Below, piece after piece: positions 10,621-21,093 of a stretch of 64,000 nt of DNA (position 1 is the stretch's first letter; the number at the start of each line of letters is the position of its first letter). Made by a program: the position numbers and the translations under genes. The notes below the pieces were generated by a model. It saw only the letters and a program-made list of their open reading frames with translations, did not search any database and was not told where the DNA came from. Origin of the DNA: a bacterium (GTDB taxonomy: Bacteria; Patescibacteriota; Minisyncoccia; UBA6257; JAGOQP01); the NCBI GenBank assembly GCA_021780155.1, contig JAJXZH010000011.1, positions 846-64,845 on the forward strand, in the 5' to 3' direction.

Positions 10621-11622
10621 TTACCATTGAGCATGTATATGAGCCCCGCTTTTCCAATTACCTCCATCAAAAACAGAGCTGCAACTGTCATAAAACGTCC
10701 CACTTATCTCGCATTTTGCAAAAGATGCTCCATTTTGTTTCAAGGTTTTAACAAACTCATCCCAAACATTGGGGTCTTTTGAAGATGAAACAACTATATC
10801 CATTGCTCTTCCTTGATAGTGATACGAATTAGTGGCGTGTTTTCCTCCGGTCAGACTTGTAACCATAAATTGGGGTGGAGTCGGGCTCACGCAGCCGGGC
10901 GCTTGAGGGGCCATCCCCGTACCCAAATCAACGGTCCCTTGAGAATATGTACCACAAACAATACTATCCAAAGTTTCTAACATATTAATACTCAGATTAA
11001 CACTTCCACTGGTTCCCCCTCTAACACAGTCACAGCTTGGACTGCAAACGAAAGGAAGAACCCCATTGCTTACATCATTAATGATTGATTTTGCATCGGT
11101 TCCTGAAGAACAATCGTGACTTTGAGAAAAAATTACTTCGCTTGGACTTTTTGATAAAATACTTGAAGCTATCTGAGATAAAAGACTTCTTTGCTCCGTT
11201 GACCCTCCGTTATTTGTTCCGCCACTGGTTTGCATAGGAGGAACAGGTTGAGATATAAGATTTAAGCTCACTAATTGGGGATTTATGGTATTTAAGATAA
11301 GATATGACCCGGCAAGCAACAAAAGACCCCAAATGGCACTCATTATCCTATCTTTGGCATCTCCCAAGGCCGATTCGTTACCTCCACTGGCAAGATATTC
11401 TATACCTCCATAAATAATCATAATTATTGCTAAAGTTCCGGAAATCCCTATTGCATAATTATAAAGCCCGGACACAAAAGAAGGAATCGATTGGGAATTT
11501 AAAAATGACGGATAATCAACATTTATAGTGCTTGTCGATTGAGCGAATACTGGCAAAAATAAAATAAATCCCAATCCAAAAATAATTGAAAATAAAACAA
11601 AATAATTATATTTTTTTTTCAT
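10621..11622 (-). CDS. VirB2/TrbC-type pilin domain fused to a C-terminal LAS (M15/hedgehog-like) zinc peptidase domain
   Basis: Pilin pattern IIYGGIEYLASGGN...AKDRIMSAIWGLLLLAGSYLILNTINP; C-terminal SYHYQGRAMD (H-x6-D) and HIH. Confidence 0.75.
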   Translation of the reverse strand: MKKKYNYFVLFSIIFGLGFILFLPVFAQSTSTINVDYPSFLNSQSIPSFVSGLYNYAIGISGTLAIIMIIYGGIEYLASGGNESALGDAKDRIMSAIWGLLLLAGSYLILNTINPQLVSLNLISQPVPPMQTSGGTNNGGSTEQRSLLSQIASSILSKSPSEVIFSQSHDCSSGTDAKSIINDVSNGVLPFVCSPSCDCVRGGTSGSVNLSINMLETLDSIVCGTYSQGTVDLGTGMAPQAPGCVSPTPPQFMVTSLTGGKHATNSYHYQGRAMDIVVSSSKDPNVWDEFVKTLKQNGASFAKCEISGTFYDSCSSVFDGGNWKSGAHIHAQW

Positions 11623-11628
11623 ATTATT

Positions 11629-12393
11629 TTATTGAATAGTAAAACTTATAGAACTCTGGGCCGACTCAATCGGATTATTTGCATTTTGAGCAGTTAGTCC
11701 GATATCTACAATCCCCGAGTTTATATTTTTTCCGAAATTAACGGACAAAGAAAATGGATCGTTTGCTATTCCTCCAAATTTTTTGTTTTCAACAGTCCAT
11801 GTCGGAACGATATCATATAATAAATTGGCATTAAAAAAGAACGGAGCAGAAGACAAGCTAATCATTGAATTGGCATTAATAATATTGCTAAAATTTTTAT
11901 TAAAAATTACTACTTCCGGATTGACTATCGGGATAGTAATATAGTTATCAACAAAAGAAACACTTCCATCTGACGGATTTTCAACCTCCGAAGAAATCCT
12001 AACACTCAAATTGTCCGAAGCGATCCATTTGTTAATAGGAAAAGAAATCGATTTTAAACCCTGACCCTGGTCATAATATTGATTATTGACATACCACTTG
12101 ACCAACCGATTGGAAAGGTCGAGCACTTTACCAAGATTGGTTTTATCTTGACCAATTAATTCGAAAGAAATATTAACTCTTGATCCCTTGCTGGGCAAAA
12201 TTTTCCCCTGATACCATTGAGGAGCAAAACTGCTGGCATTCCAAGAAACCATAAATTGTGGGTCGGCAGCAAAAACACTCGTTGGTAAAAACAACTGTGC
12301 AAGAATAACTAAAAATACAGAAATGACCGAGTATTTTATAAAACGAGTTATCATCTGTTTTATTATATCAAATAAGACAATAAATATAAACAA
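11629..12393 (-). CDS. Hypothetical secreted protein, probably Ig-like beta-sandwich
   Basis: Signal peptide ending VFA; beta-strand-rich with W-containing strands; true start may be MITRF. Confidence 0.6.
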   Translation of the reverse strand: MFIFIVLFDIIKQMITRFIKYSVISVFLVILAQLFLPTSVFAADPQFMVSWNASSFAPQWYQGKILPSKGSRVNISFELIGQDKTNLGKVLDLSNRLVKWYVNNQYYDQGQGLKSISFPINKWIASDNLSVRISSEVENPSDGSVSFVDNYITIPIVNPEVVIFNKNFSNIINANSMISLSSAPFFFNANLLYDIVPTWTVENKKFGGIANDPFSLSVNFGKNINSGIVDIGLTAQNANNPIESAQSSISFTIQ

Positions 12394-12404
12394 CTTTCAA
12401 AAAA

Positions 12405-12953
12405 TCATCTTGCTATTTTCTTTGAATTCATAGCCTTGGATGCTATGCCAAATGTTTTGTTAAAAGATTCGGGACTATTTGTGCTCCAGATAGTTAAAAT
12501 AGCAGCCACAGTAGTTATCGGCAACCAATCTATCCCGGGAATAAGTTCTACCGCTTGAGCAATGACATTTTTTCCAACACTGTTTACGCCTTTTATAAAA
12601 AGCCAGGCAATAATAACGGGCGCAAAAACAAATCTTGTTACCCATATCCCATCAAGAATATCCGAAATAATAGAAAGACCCATATAAAATATAATTTCAA
12701 TCAGATCAAATCTGGGACCGGACGATGCCGACGATACATCTTGACTATCTTCGTCTTTTTCTTCATCTGATATTTCGTCATCATCTTCGGACTCATCTTC
12801 GTCATCACTCTCATCACCTGAAACATCTTCTTCATCTTCCGAACGCTCATTTTCATCATCATTTAGATCTTCTTCGTATTGAGAATCGGATCCTTCCAAA
12901 AAATCGTCGCCGGAAGTATTATCTTCATTTTGATTTTCTTTTTCTTCATCCAT
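12405..12953 (-). CDS. Membrane protein with a highly acidic N-terminal tract
   Basis: About 70 D/E-rich residues, then hydrophobic helices and ELIPGIDWLP. Confidence 0.7.
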   Translation of the reverse strand: MDEEKENQNEDNTSGDDFLEGSDSQYEEDLNDDENERSEDEEDVSGDESDDEDESEDDDEISDEEKDEDSQDVSSASSGPRFDLIEIIFYMGLSIISDILDGIWVTRFVFAPVIIAWLFIKGVNSVGKNVIAQAVELIPGIDWLPITTVAAILTIWSTNSPESFNKTFGIASKAMNSKKIAR

Positions 12954-12968
12954 TTTTATAATAAACCC

Positions 12969-14726
12969 TTAAACTAAACTCTCTTCTTCTCCCAAAAGTT
13001 GCTGAGGTTTGGTAGTAACAATCTTATCTTCAAAATAGGAAGCGGTCACTTGAATGGCAACGTGTTTTAGCCCGGCAAAAAACAATCCCTGCCCGACTCC
13101 CGCTTCAAGCAACAAATTTTTCTCCGCTTCTGTCAGGTTAAACGCTTTGGCAATATTATCTATACTGGTTGGAGATTGTTTCAATAAAAGCTGTAAAGAT
13201 GAGTTGGTGACTATCGGTTTTCCGTAGGGAGAATTTAAAAAATCATCTACCTCTTGTGTGATGGTGGTAATGCCTAAATAATATTTTCTACCTCTTTTTG
13301 CCAAAGAAAACAAAAACGAAGCTCCTTCGGGATATTTCATAATCACCCACGCCTCGTCAATAACCAAAATTCTTCTTTCCATTTGAGATTTAACTACATT
13401 CCAAATAAAGTTCAAAACAACATACATTGCCATCGGCCTTAATTCCTCCTCCAAATCTCTCATAGAAAAAACAACGAGACGATTATTTATATCTATATTT
13501 GTTTTCTGATTTATGAATCCGGAATAACTTCCTTGAGTATATTTATAAAGACGCTCAGCCATTCCTCTTCCCCCTTCCATATTTCTCAAAACAGTTTCAA
13601 GGTCGGACAACGTGGGTGGTTCAAGACTCAAAAAATTAGGATTGCTCGGAGTGATGTCTCTTGAGGCGTATGTTTCTGTTAAAGCTCTGTCCAAAATTCC
13701 TTCCTCCTCAACCGTCATATCTCCAAGCATAATTTTAAGCAATCCGGTAAGCGTTAGAATGTTTGATTTAAAAACATCGGCCGGATCTTCTCCTTTGGGA
13801 ACTATCGGAATGTCAAACGGATTAACATGCTGATCGGAAGTAAGTGAAATTTTAAAATATGTTCCACCAACGGTATCACAAAGATTTTTATATTCATTTT
13901 CCGGATCAATAACCATTACTTTTGTGCCCATCATCATTGACCTTAAGATCTCAAGCTTGGTGGCATAAGATTTTCCCGAACCGGATTTGGCAAAAACAAC
14001 TTGGTGAGCATTTTCCAAAGAAAATCTGTCAAAAATTATGAGCGAATTATTGTGAAGGTTTATTCCATATAAAATTCCATCCTCGGATGTAAGATCCATA
14101 GAAACAAATGGGAAAAAAGAAGAAATCGGACCGGAATTCATCGGAGTTCGCACCGCCAATTTGTCTTCTCCGATTGGAAGAACCGATTCAAAGCCTTCAA
14201 TCTGCTGAAAAATAGCCGGCTTAATGTAAATAATTTTACTCTCAAAAAGATTGGTGATTACCTCCTCAAGCTCGTTTAACTTTTCCAAAGTGTCACCATA
14301 AATTGTAATATAGACAGCCGAATCAAAAAGACGCTCCTGCGCTTGTTGCAACTTATCGCGCAAGGCCTCAATATCGGAAAAGGCGGTTTCCAGCATCGGA
14401 TCACGAACAAAACCCTTTGATTCTTTTTCGGATATTTCAGCTTCAATTTGAGCGGCTTTTTTCCTAAGATTTCTTAAAGCCAAAGCAGTGTCTATTGGGT
14501 GAGCAAAAATTGAAATATCAAAAAGTTTTGCCAAATTTATTATCGGCGAAAACCATCCACTGGAAAGAAATCTCGGATAAGAAAACACAAAAAGAGTTTT
14601 GGCAAATTTATCGCCTATTTTTATATAGTTTTGGTCAACTTCCAAAGCCGCCGGAGCGATTAAATTTTTGACTTCCGATTCTTCTTGTCCGGTATAAGGT
14701 TTTATAACTTTTATTTCTTCACTCAT
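12969..14726 (-). CDS. VirB4/TraE-like secretion ATPase
   Basis: Walker A AKSGSGKS, VIDPENEY, VNPFD, Walker B ILVIDEAW, RGRKY..GITTITQ. Confidence 0.9.
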   Translation of the reverse strand: MSEEIKVIKPYTGQEESEVKNLIAPAALEVDQNYIKIGDKFAKTLFVFSYPRFLSSGWFSPIINLAKLFDISIFAHPIDTALALRNLRKKAAQIEAEISEKESKGFVRDPMLETAFSDIEALRDKLQQAQERLFDSAVYITIYGDTLEKLNELEEVITNLFESKIIYIKPAIFQQIEGFESVLPIGEDKLAVRTPMNSGPISSFFPFVSMDLTSEDGILYGINLHNNSLIIFDRFSLENAHQVVFAKSGSGKSYATKLEILRSMMMGTKVMVIDPENEYKNLCDTVGGTYFKISLTSDQHVNPFDIPIVPKGEDPADVFKSNILTLTGLLKIMLGDMTVEEEGILDRALTETYASRDITPSNPNFLSLEPPTLSDLETVLRNMEGGRGMAERLYKYTQGSYSGFINQKTNIDINNRLVVFSMRDLEEELRPMAMYVVLNFIWNVVKSQMERRILVIDEAWVIMKYPEGASFLFSLAKRGRKYYLGITTITQEVDDFLNSPYGKPIVTNSSLQLLLKQSPTSIDNIAKAFNLTEAEKNLLLEAGVGQGLFFAGLKHVAIQVTASYFEDKIVTTKPQQLLGEEESLV

Positions 14727-14743
14727 TTTTATTTTATTGAAAA

Positions 14744-15430
14744 TTAATTTGCCGCCTGTTTTTCCAAATCCGGTTCCTTGGTTAATTGTTGCTTGATAGA
14801 AGATGGGTTATATAAATTGTAATAAAGTTCGGTCAATTCTTGGTCATTTAAAACTACAGCCCTCAATCCGATTCTTTCTATGCCGGACAAAACTTGATCT
14901 ATTCTTTGCCTTAACTGAATCAGTTGTTGTTCATAGGATTCTTGTTTTTCTTTTTTGCTGTCTTTTGATTTTCCAAAAAAACCGGTAATATTGCTGGTTA
15001 ATTTTTTGGCGCCGGCATTTTCATACGGAACAACCACAAAAAAAGTTTTAGTCATTATCTCATTTTCTTTGACAAACCCCTTTATATATTCCACATATTC
15101 ATCTATTTGATTTCTCAATAGCTCACTTTCTTCCTGCTGTCTTCTTTGGGCCATTTTTGAAAGATAGTTATCTATATTTATTTTTCTGGAATGAATGACG
15201 ATTTGAGTCGAAAAATCCAGAGAATTAAGAAAATCTTGATAATTGGCGGTAATAATATTTTGTTCTTCTTCGGATTTAAGTTCAAAATTTATTCCCGAAA
15301 CCATAATAACCGACCTCAATGCCCCGTCTTTTAATTTAACGATGCCGTCTTTTACTTCTTCTATGTCCACAAATTGCTGGGTTGAATTGGGAGCGATTTG
15401 AGTAGTTGTTTTTTGTTTATCTTCAGCCAT
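14744..15430 (-). CDS. VirB4 N-terminal-like (TraC/TrsD-type) partner protein
   Basis: INFELKSEEEQ, FLNSLDFSTQI, FFVVVPY, ELYYNLYNP; lies between PrgI and VirB4. Confidence 0.7.
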   Translation of the reverse strand: MAEDKQKTTTQIAPNSTQQFVDIEEVKDGIVKLKDGALRSVIMVSGINFELKSEEEQNIITANYQDFLNSLDFSTQIVIHSRKINIDNYLSKMAQRRQQEESELLRNQIDEYVEYIKGFVKENEIMTKTFFVVVPYENAGAKKLTSNITGFFGKSKDSKKEKQESYEQQLIQLRQRIDQVLSGIERIGLRAVVLNDQELTELYYNLYNPSSIKQQLTKEPDLEKQAAN

Positions 15431-15479
15431 ATTTTTAAATTATACCAAAAATTAAAATTAAAAGATAAAAATCAGACTC

Positions 15480-16016
15480 TTACCTGTAATCAATCCTGCG
15501 TGCCACTTCTTTTTCTCCGCTGATTCTTCTGAAAACCTGGTATTGTTCTTTAATGTCCGAAATTGGTTTTTTGGGAATAACTTTCTCTCTTTTGGGAATC
15601 GGGTTTTTAGTCGTCGTCATATCCTGCCACAATTTCGAAATCTGAGAAATTCCCGATGACGCCAAATCCAAAGCGCTTCTTTTGGCTTCCACTGTTTGCG
15701 GCTTGACTTGAGGAATTTCAAAAGTTTCCTTGATAACCGGCCTTTTCCACAAAAACATTTTCGGCTGCCAAAAAAATTTAGCCGCCAAAAAAGACAACAT
15801 ATAAAGCGGACGCCCATTAATTTTAACAAAAGCAAATGCCCCACCAAAAGACATTAAAACTATAAAAATCATCACCCAAATTGCCGTGTTTAAAACAAAG
15901 AAAAGGAAAAACGAAATTAAAGCCGGAGCCGCTATAAAACCAAATTGTTTTAAAGTGAGCGGACCGACTATCTTAGATTCAATATCAATAAATTGTGGGA
16001 CTTCAAATTGAGCCAT
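15480..16016 (-). CDS. PrgI-family (VirB3-like) protein
   Basis: QFEVPQFIDIESKIVGPLTLKQF, two TMs, KINGRP. Confidence 0.88.
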   Translation of the reverse strand: MAQFEVPQFIDIESKIVGPLTLKQFGFIAAPALISFFLFFVLNTAIWVMIFIVLMSFGGAFAFVKINGRPLYMLSFLAAKFFWQPKMFLWKRPVIKETFEIPQVKPQTVEAKRSALDLASSGISQISKLWQDMTTTKNPIPKREKVIPKKPISDIKEQYQVFRRISGEKEVARRIDYR

Positions 16017-16084
16017 ATGTAAATTATATCAAAAATTGAAGGTCAAAAGCCAATTACATTTTCCAAAAAAACCGGCCAAATAAC

Positions 16085-17299
16085 TCATTTTCTCATCGTC
16101 AAATTACTCAAATCAACCATACCACCACCAATATCATTATTTTTGTTTTCTACGGATGATTTGGCTGACGGCTGATTAAATGACGTAATTGGTGTTGAAG
16201 TTTTTGAGTTATCGGGAACATTGCTTGCGACATCCGTCTTAAAATTATTATCCAAAGAAGTTTTAAAGTTGCTTATATGAACCGTCTTAACCGGTTCTTC
16301 TTCGTATTTTTTGACCACCACCGGAATTTTTTGAATCGGTTGATCGGATGATAGAGGCTTTATTTGAGAGGGCATTTCTATCTTTGCTGATGAAACAAAA
16401 TTTTGTGTTTTTGCTGTCCCAAATGATTTCATATCCGAGCCAAAAAAACCTCCAAAAGAAGACGGAGCAAAATTTTTAATCGTCTGAGATTGAGCGATGC
16501 TTTGAGATTCTTCTTTTTTATGAAGAATAACCGGTCCCTCAGGAATTGTCGGCTTTGAAGCGGTTGGTTGGGATACGTTTGATTTTGAACCGACAGATAA
16601 TTGACCAAGGTTGACCTCTTGATTTATTTGAGGCTTTGGAGAAATGGCTCCGGTTTCGGCTTGAAAAGTTTTTTGACTTTGATTTGTTTGACTAAACGAA
16701 GTATCCGCAGTCGCAAGTCTGACAACATTCATATTGGCAAAAGAAGCACCTCTGGGAAGTTGAGCCGACTGATTAGCTTGAAGATTGTCCAAAGATATTG
16801 GCGCTGATTCTTTTGGTTTTTGAGAAGTAATATCGCCTTCAATTTTCAGCTTAACGGGCTCGGTTGAAAGAGATGATTTTAAATCTACAATTTCCGGATT
16901 TTTTTCTTTTAAAACTACTTGAGAAGAAACCTGGGTCGGCTCAATGATTTCTGATTCTTTTATAACTCCAATTTTTGATTTTATATAATTTTCTTCAATC
17001 TCTTTTTTAAAAGATTCAAATATCTTTTTATCCACCTGATGATATATCTCCAATGCCAATCTTGGATCTATCTGGAGGGCGTCTCTTATCTCTTTATACA
17101 AATCTTCTGAATTTATAATCCCAAGCAATACATAAAGACAAAGTTCAGATAATTTTTTTGATTTGATATCGGACAAATGATTGTCTCTTGCTATTGAATC
17201 TATAGCTTCATTGCTAAGAGGAGAAAAAACCACATCCCTTAATGTATCAGGTAGTGCGTTCCATCTTTCTCCAATTATTTTTTTTGAAATTGATATCAT
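16085..17299 (-). CDS. Hypothetical protein with helical N-domain and long low-complexity S/P/Q/K tail
   Basis: 404-aa ORF co-oriented in the operon; no recognised motif. Confidence 0.65.
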   Translation of the reverse strand: MISISKKIIGERWNALPDTLRDVVFSPLSNEAIDSIARDNHLSDIKSKKLSELCLYVLLGIINSEDLYKEIRDALQIDPRLALEIYHQVDKKIFESFKKEIEENYIKSKIGVIKESEIIEPTQVSSQVVLKEKNPEIVDLKSSLSTEPVKLKIEGDITSQKPKESAPISLDNLQANQSAQLPRGASFANMNVVRLATADTSFSQTNQSQKTFQAETGAISPKPQINQEVNLGQLSVGSKSNVSQPTASKPTIPEGPVILHKKEESQSIAQSQTIKNFAPSSFGGFFGSDMKSFGTAKTQNFVSSAKIEMPSQIKPLSSDQPIQKIPVVVKKYEEEPVKTVHISNFKTSLDNNFKTDVASNVPDNSKTSTPITSFNQPSAKSSVENKNNDIGGGMVDLSNLTMRK

Positions 17300-17321
17300 A
17301 TAAAAAATACAATATAAAATA

Positions 17322-19541
17322 CTATTTTTTAACTTCTGATTTAGCAGATGACAAAGTTTCAGTATTAGTTGTCATTCCTCCCATTATTGACCCCATACCT
17401 CTTCCGAGATTATCCGCCAACTGCTTCATCTTTGGATTTTTGGAAGATTTTAAAATTTCGACAGCCTTATCGTATTGTCCACCACTCAAAGCAGCTTCGA
17501 ATTCAGCATCAAGATTTTTAGTTGTCTTTTCCATTGTCGTCTTTTTTTCTTTAACAGTCTGAGCAAATCCTGCGGGACGATTTATTTCCCTGACAACTTC
17601 TTGCTCTTCGTCTATCTGACCTAAATTACCTCTAGCGTTCTGAAGTAATTGACTGAACATTTTAGCCATATTTTCATCATTAAGCTTTGACGCAGTAGCA
17701 CCTATTCCTCTGCCCTGTCTACCTCCCATGTTAGCCAAATAATTTTCACGAAACCTATCAGAAGCATCCTTATTTAATCCAAGAATCTCCGGCTTGCCAC
17801 TGAAAGCTTCATTCCCTACATTGCCAGCCATCGCTCTCCAATCTTCGGGACTAAATTTTCCATAAAACTCTTCGGCTTTCTTTTGATATTCCTCATAATT
17901 TCCTTCTTTCAAAGATTTCATCATTTCAGTGCTCATACCAAGACTTTTTTCTAAATTGTTAGCAATATTAGTTCTCCCTCCTTGTCTCAAATAATCAGCC
18001 TGTCTTGTAATTTCATCTATTCCGCCAAAGGCAGCTATGGTATCGCCATCCAATCTTCCTTGTTGCTGCATCGCCATTAAAAGACCGAGTTGTTCTTCTC
18101 TGGGCAATCCGGCATATGCTTCTCTTTGCCTATTTTTGTCCCATTTTTTGTATTCTTCAACAAAAGTTTCCGGCGGTTTTCCAAAAACCGGTTCGGCTTT
18201 CCTTTTTTCTGCAGAAGCTCCAGCATTTATTAACCCTTTACCAGCACGCCCAACCGTCTCTCTAGCAACCCAACCAACGCCAGGCACTTTTATTTTTCCA
18301 GCAAATGAAGACATTCTCGCTCCGATTTTTTCTACTCCAATTCCTCTCCCAATTGCAGCAGCAGCGGCACCAGATCCTCTTTTAGCATATTGAGTGGTTT
18401 TCGATCTTGCCCATCCACTCATTTTCCCGGATACTTTACTTGATTGTTTTAAAATAAAACTGCTTCCCGCCATTCCCAAACTCTGAGAAATTTTAAGACC
18501 TCCTATAAGTATCGCTCCGGACATTAAAGTTAACATAATAGCATCAAATCCATGAACCCCACCCGATTGACTGGCGGAATTAGTAAGTCCGCTAAATCCC
18601 AAATTGGATGATTGGCTCATCATTATCATTGACAGTTTTACAAACAAAAGCATAAGCGGAGCGAAAAACACCCATTTTAGAAAATGCGTCCACCAGTCAC
18701 GCCAAAATCTGTATGCAGATGGAAATATCCACAAAAGCCACGCTCCTGGAGATAAAATTAGTAAAAATGATATATAAAAATATCTAAGCAAAAACATAAG
18801 CGCTAAAACCAATAAAACAAAAGAGACGAAAACTGCGGCCAATACTTGAATAAAAATATTTATAATGTCTCCTATGTTTTGAATATCTCCTTGCGTACTT
18901 TTTGAACTCACGTCCATTACAGTAGAGGTTGTCGTCAAGATTGTTCCTATCTCACTATTTTGGACAATCATCATACTGGTTTTGTCGCTGACTTGAACAG
19001 GATCATTGTGATCTATATTTTGTTTTAGTGTTATATCTTGCAAAAAAGAATTGGAAAAGACATCCGAAACTTTTATAATCGCTCCGCCGATCATTAAGCT
19101 AAAATTTACAATCAAAGCGGCAACCACCAATTTCCACAAAATCGATTGAGCTTGATAACTTTTAATTCTCAAGATGGTGGCAATCGCTATGACAATTATT
19201 CCCAAAACAAAACCTAAATTAGCCAAATCTCGAAAAGTAGTCCACCCCACATAAACAAAACTGTGTGAATCAAAAATTTGAGTGGTAATTTTTTGAGTGA
19301 GTGTCAGAGAGGCGGACAATATGGTAGCGGCAAGTTTCATCATTCCCGCCACTAAAATGTCCTTTATCGTAAGCAATACTTTCAAAAAAATATCCGAAAT
19401 GGCTCCGGTAGCAAAAGATCCTATATTCAACAAACTAGGTAATGCGTATGCTCTCTCATGAAATAAAGAAAATGCCAAAAACAACACCAAACAAAAAATA
19501 ATGACTTTGCTTTGATTTGTTAATATCTTATTTCTTTTCAT
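17322..19541 (-). CDS. VirB6/TrbL-like polytopic membrane protein with long charged C-terminal extension
   Basis: GWTTFRDLAN, ALIVNFSL, RYFYISFLLILSPGAWLLWIFP..WRDWW..F.KWVFFAP; G/A-rich segment followed by a soluble tail. Confidence 0.75.
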   Translation of the reverse strand: MKRNKILTNQSKVIIFCLVLFLAFSLFHERAYALPSLLNIGSFATGAISDIFLKVLLTIKDILVAGMMKLAATILSASLTLTQKITTQIFDSHSFVYVGWTTFRDLANLGFVLGIIVIAIATILRIKSYQAQSILWKLVVAALIVNFSLMIGGAIIKVSDVFSNSFLQDITLKQNIDHNDPVQVSDKTSMMIVQNSEIGTILTTTSTVMDVSSKSTQGDIQNIGDIINIFIQVLAAVFVSFVLLVLALMFLLRYFYISFLLILSPGAWLLWIFPSAYRFWRDWWTHFLKWVFFAPLMLLFVKLSMIMMSQSSNLGFSGLTNSASQSGGVHGFDAIMLTLMSGAILIGGLKISQSLGMAGSSFILKQSSKVSGKMSGWARSKTTQYAKRGSGAAAAAIGRGIGVEKIGARMSSFAGKIKVPGVGWVARETVGRAGKGLINAGASAEKRKAEPVFGKPPETFVEEYKKWDKNRQREAYAGLPREEQLGLLMAMQQQGRLDGDTIAAFGGIDEITRQADYLRQGGRTNIANNLEKSLGMSTEMMKSLKEGNYEEYQKKAEEFYGKFSPEDWRAMAGNVGNEAFSGKPEILGLNKDASDRFRENYLANMGGRQGRGIGATASKLNDENMAKMFSQLLQNARGNLGQIDEEQEVVREINRPAGFAQTVKEKKTTMEKTTKNLDAEFEAALSGGQYDKAVEILKSSKNPKMKQLADNLGRGMGSIMGGMTTNTETLSSAKSEVKK

Positions 19542-19551
19542 ATCATTTTAT

Positions 19552-21093
19552 TTATTGAGCGGGACAAGAGAAAGACGATAAGGCGCTATTGAAATTATCC
19601 AACATCGTCTCGGTTGTTCCTGTCTGCCCGGAACCGGCCATTTGAGCATCACCCACTATTGTCTTATTGGCGTCGTTATTAATAAAATCACTATATTTTG
19701 ATTGTGCTTGACTAACGGCGCTGTCGTCGGAATAGTCAAGATTGTTAAGTTCGTCTAAATTAGCCGATGCTTCGTTGGCCACAGCGGAAAATCCCTGTCC
19801 AAATGTATTTAAATAATCTAAAGCGGCAGAAATTGTCATCTGGACCATAGTTCCCCCTCCTTGATCAAGAGAAATTTCGGAAGAAGAACAAGTGCTATTA
19901 AATCCACTAGCCAAAGCAATGTCGGCGTTAACTTTGGGAGTTAAAACATTATTTATATAACTGGAAACTTCGGTATATGTTTTAACGGAATCGGCTAAAG
20001 CTTGTTTATTGGCGCTTATTTTATCTCCTTGAATATTTGACGGGATATCGGAATTATTTATTCCCTGATTGGCTCCGCTTACCGACCAATCACTTCCATT
20101 ACTACTGATTCGGCTCAAACCATCTTTTAATATTCTTGACGCCAAAGCATTAAGAATTGCAGCCAAAGCGCTCTGAACATTTGAAGAAAATTCAAAATTA
20201 GCCCCAACAGCTTTCATTATTGCTCCTGCCGCTACGCTCCCGGGAGTTTTTATTTCCCAAGAAGTGCACTCACTCTGAACGGCATAATTAACACAAGCAT
20301 CGTGTTGTGGATCTCCTTCACATGTCGTTTCGGCATCGGCTAAAGCTTGTTGATCGGTACATACCTTATTATCAGTAAATCCCTGAGAAGCAATCGCTTG
20401 AGTTTGAGCGATCGTGCTTTGGGTTGATATTTTTTGATTCACCGCATCTTCAAGATTACTCCAGGCCAATGCAGAATCGACTTGAGGAGAAATTAAAGCA
20501 TCAAACCCCGACCAACCCATATCGGTAAAAATAGACACCGGTCCGTTTGGATTTTCAATATTTCTTTTTATATCATCAAAAGTACATTGAGTTGGAACCC
20601 CATAGTATTGGTCCCCACTTCCTCCGTATCCGTATTGTTGAGCCAAGATACCCAACCTTGCTTGAAATTGAACTCCCAGTGGAGCGCAAAGATTAATTTT
20701 GCCACTGCTTAAATCACCTACGTATTTTATCGCCGTGCTTACACCAATATCAGTCGCAGATTGACTTAAATAATTTTTCCAATCGGAAATATAACCGGAG
20801 CCGTTACTGCCATTTCCTGAATTGCCATTTATTTGAGCCACTATGTCTCTTTGCATTTTTGATATAACAATAGCTACAATCACATCCCTGTAATGTTTCT
20901 GTATTTCAGTCCAAGCAGTTGCCAAATATTCTTGTACAGCCGTCTGCAAAATACTAGGGATGCTAACCAAAACTGATGTCGGATAAAACGCTTGAGCTAC
21001 ATTTGTTTTTTGTCCAAAAATTCCAAAGAAATTAACTGCTACTACGGAAAAAATGACAAACAAAATAATAAATTTTTTAAATGCGGTTTTCAT
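19552..21093 (-). CDS. Hypothetical secreted Cys-containing protein of the T4SS-like operon
   Basis: Signal peptide ending AQA, several Cys, helical C-terminal part. Confidence 0.65.
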   Translation of the reverse strand: MKTAFKKFIILFVIFSVVAVNFFGIFGQKTNVAQAFYPTSVLVSIPSILQTAVQEYLATAWTEIQKHYRDVIVAIVISKMQRDIVAQINGNSGNGSNGSGYISDWKNYLSQSATDIGVSTAIKYVGDLSSGKINLCAPLGVQFQARLGILAQQYGYGGSGDQYYGVPTQCTFDDIKRNIENPNGPVSIFTDMGWSGFDALISPQVDSALAWSNLEDAVNQKISTQSTIAQTQAIASQGFTDNKVCTDQQALADAETTCEGDPQHDACVNYAVQSECTSWEIKTPGSVAAGAIMKAVGANFEFSSNVQSALAAILNALASRILKDGLSRISSNGSDWSVSGANQGINNSDIPSNIQGDKISANKQALADSVKTYTEVSSYINNVLTPKVNADIALASGFNSTCSSSEISLDQGGGTMVQMTISAALDYLNTFGQGFSAVANEASANLDELNNLDYSDDSAVSQAQSKYSDFINNDANKTIVGDAQMAGSGQTGTTETMLDNFNSALSSFSCPAQ

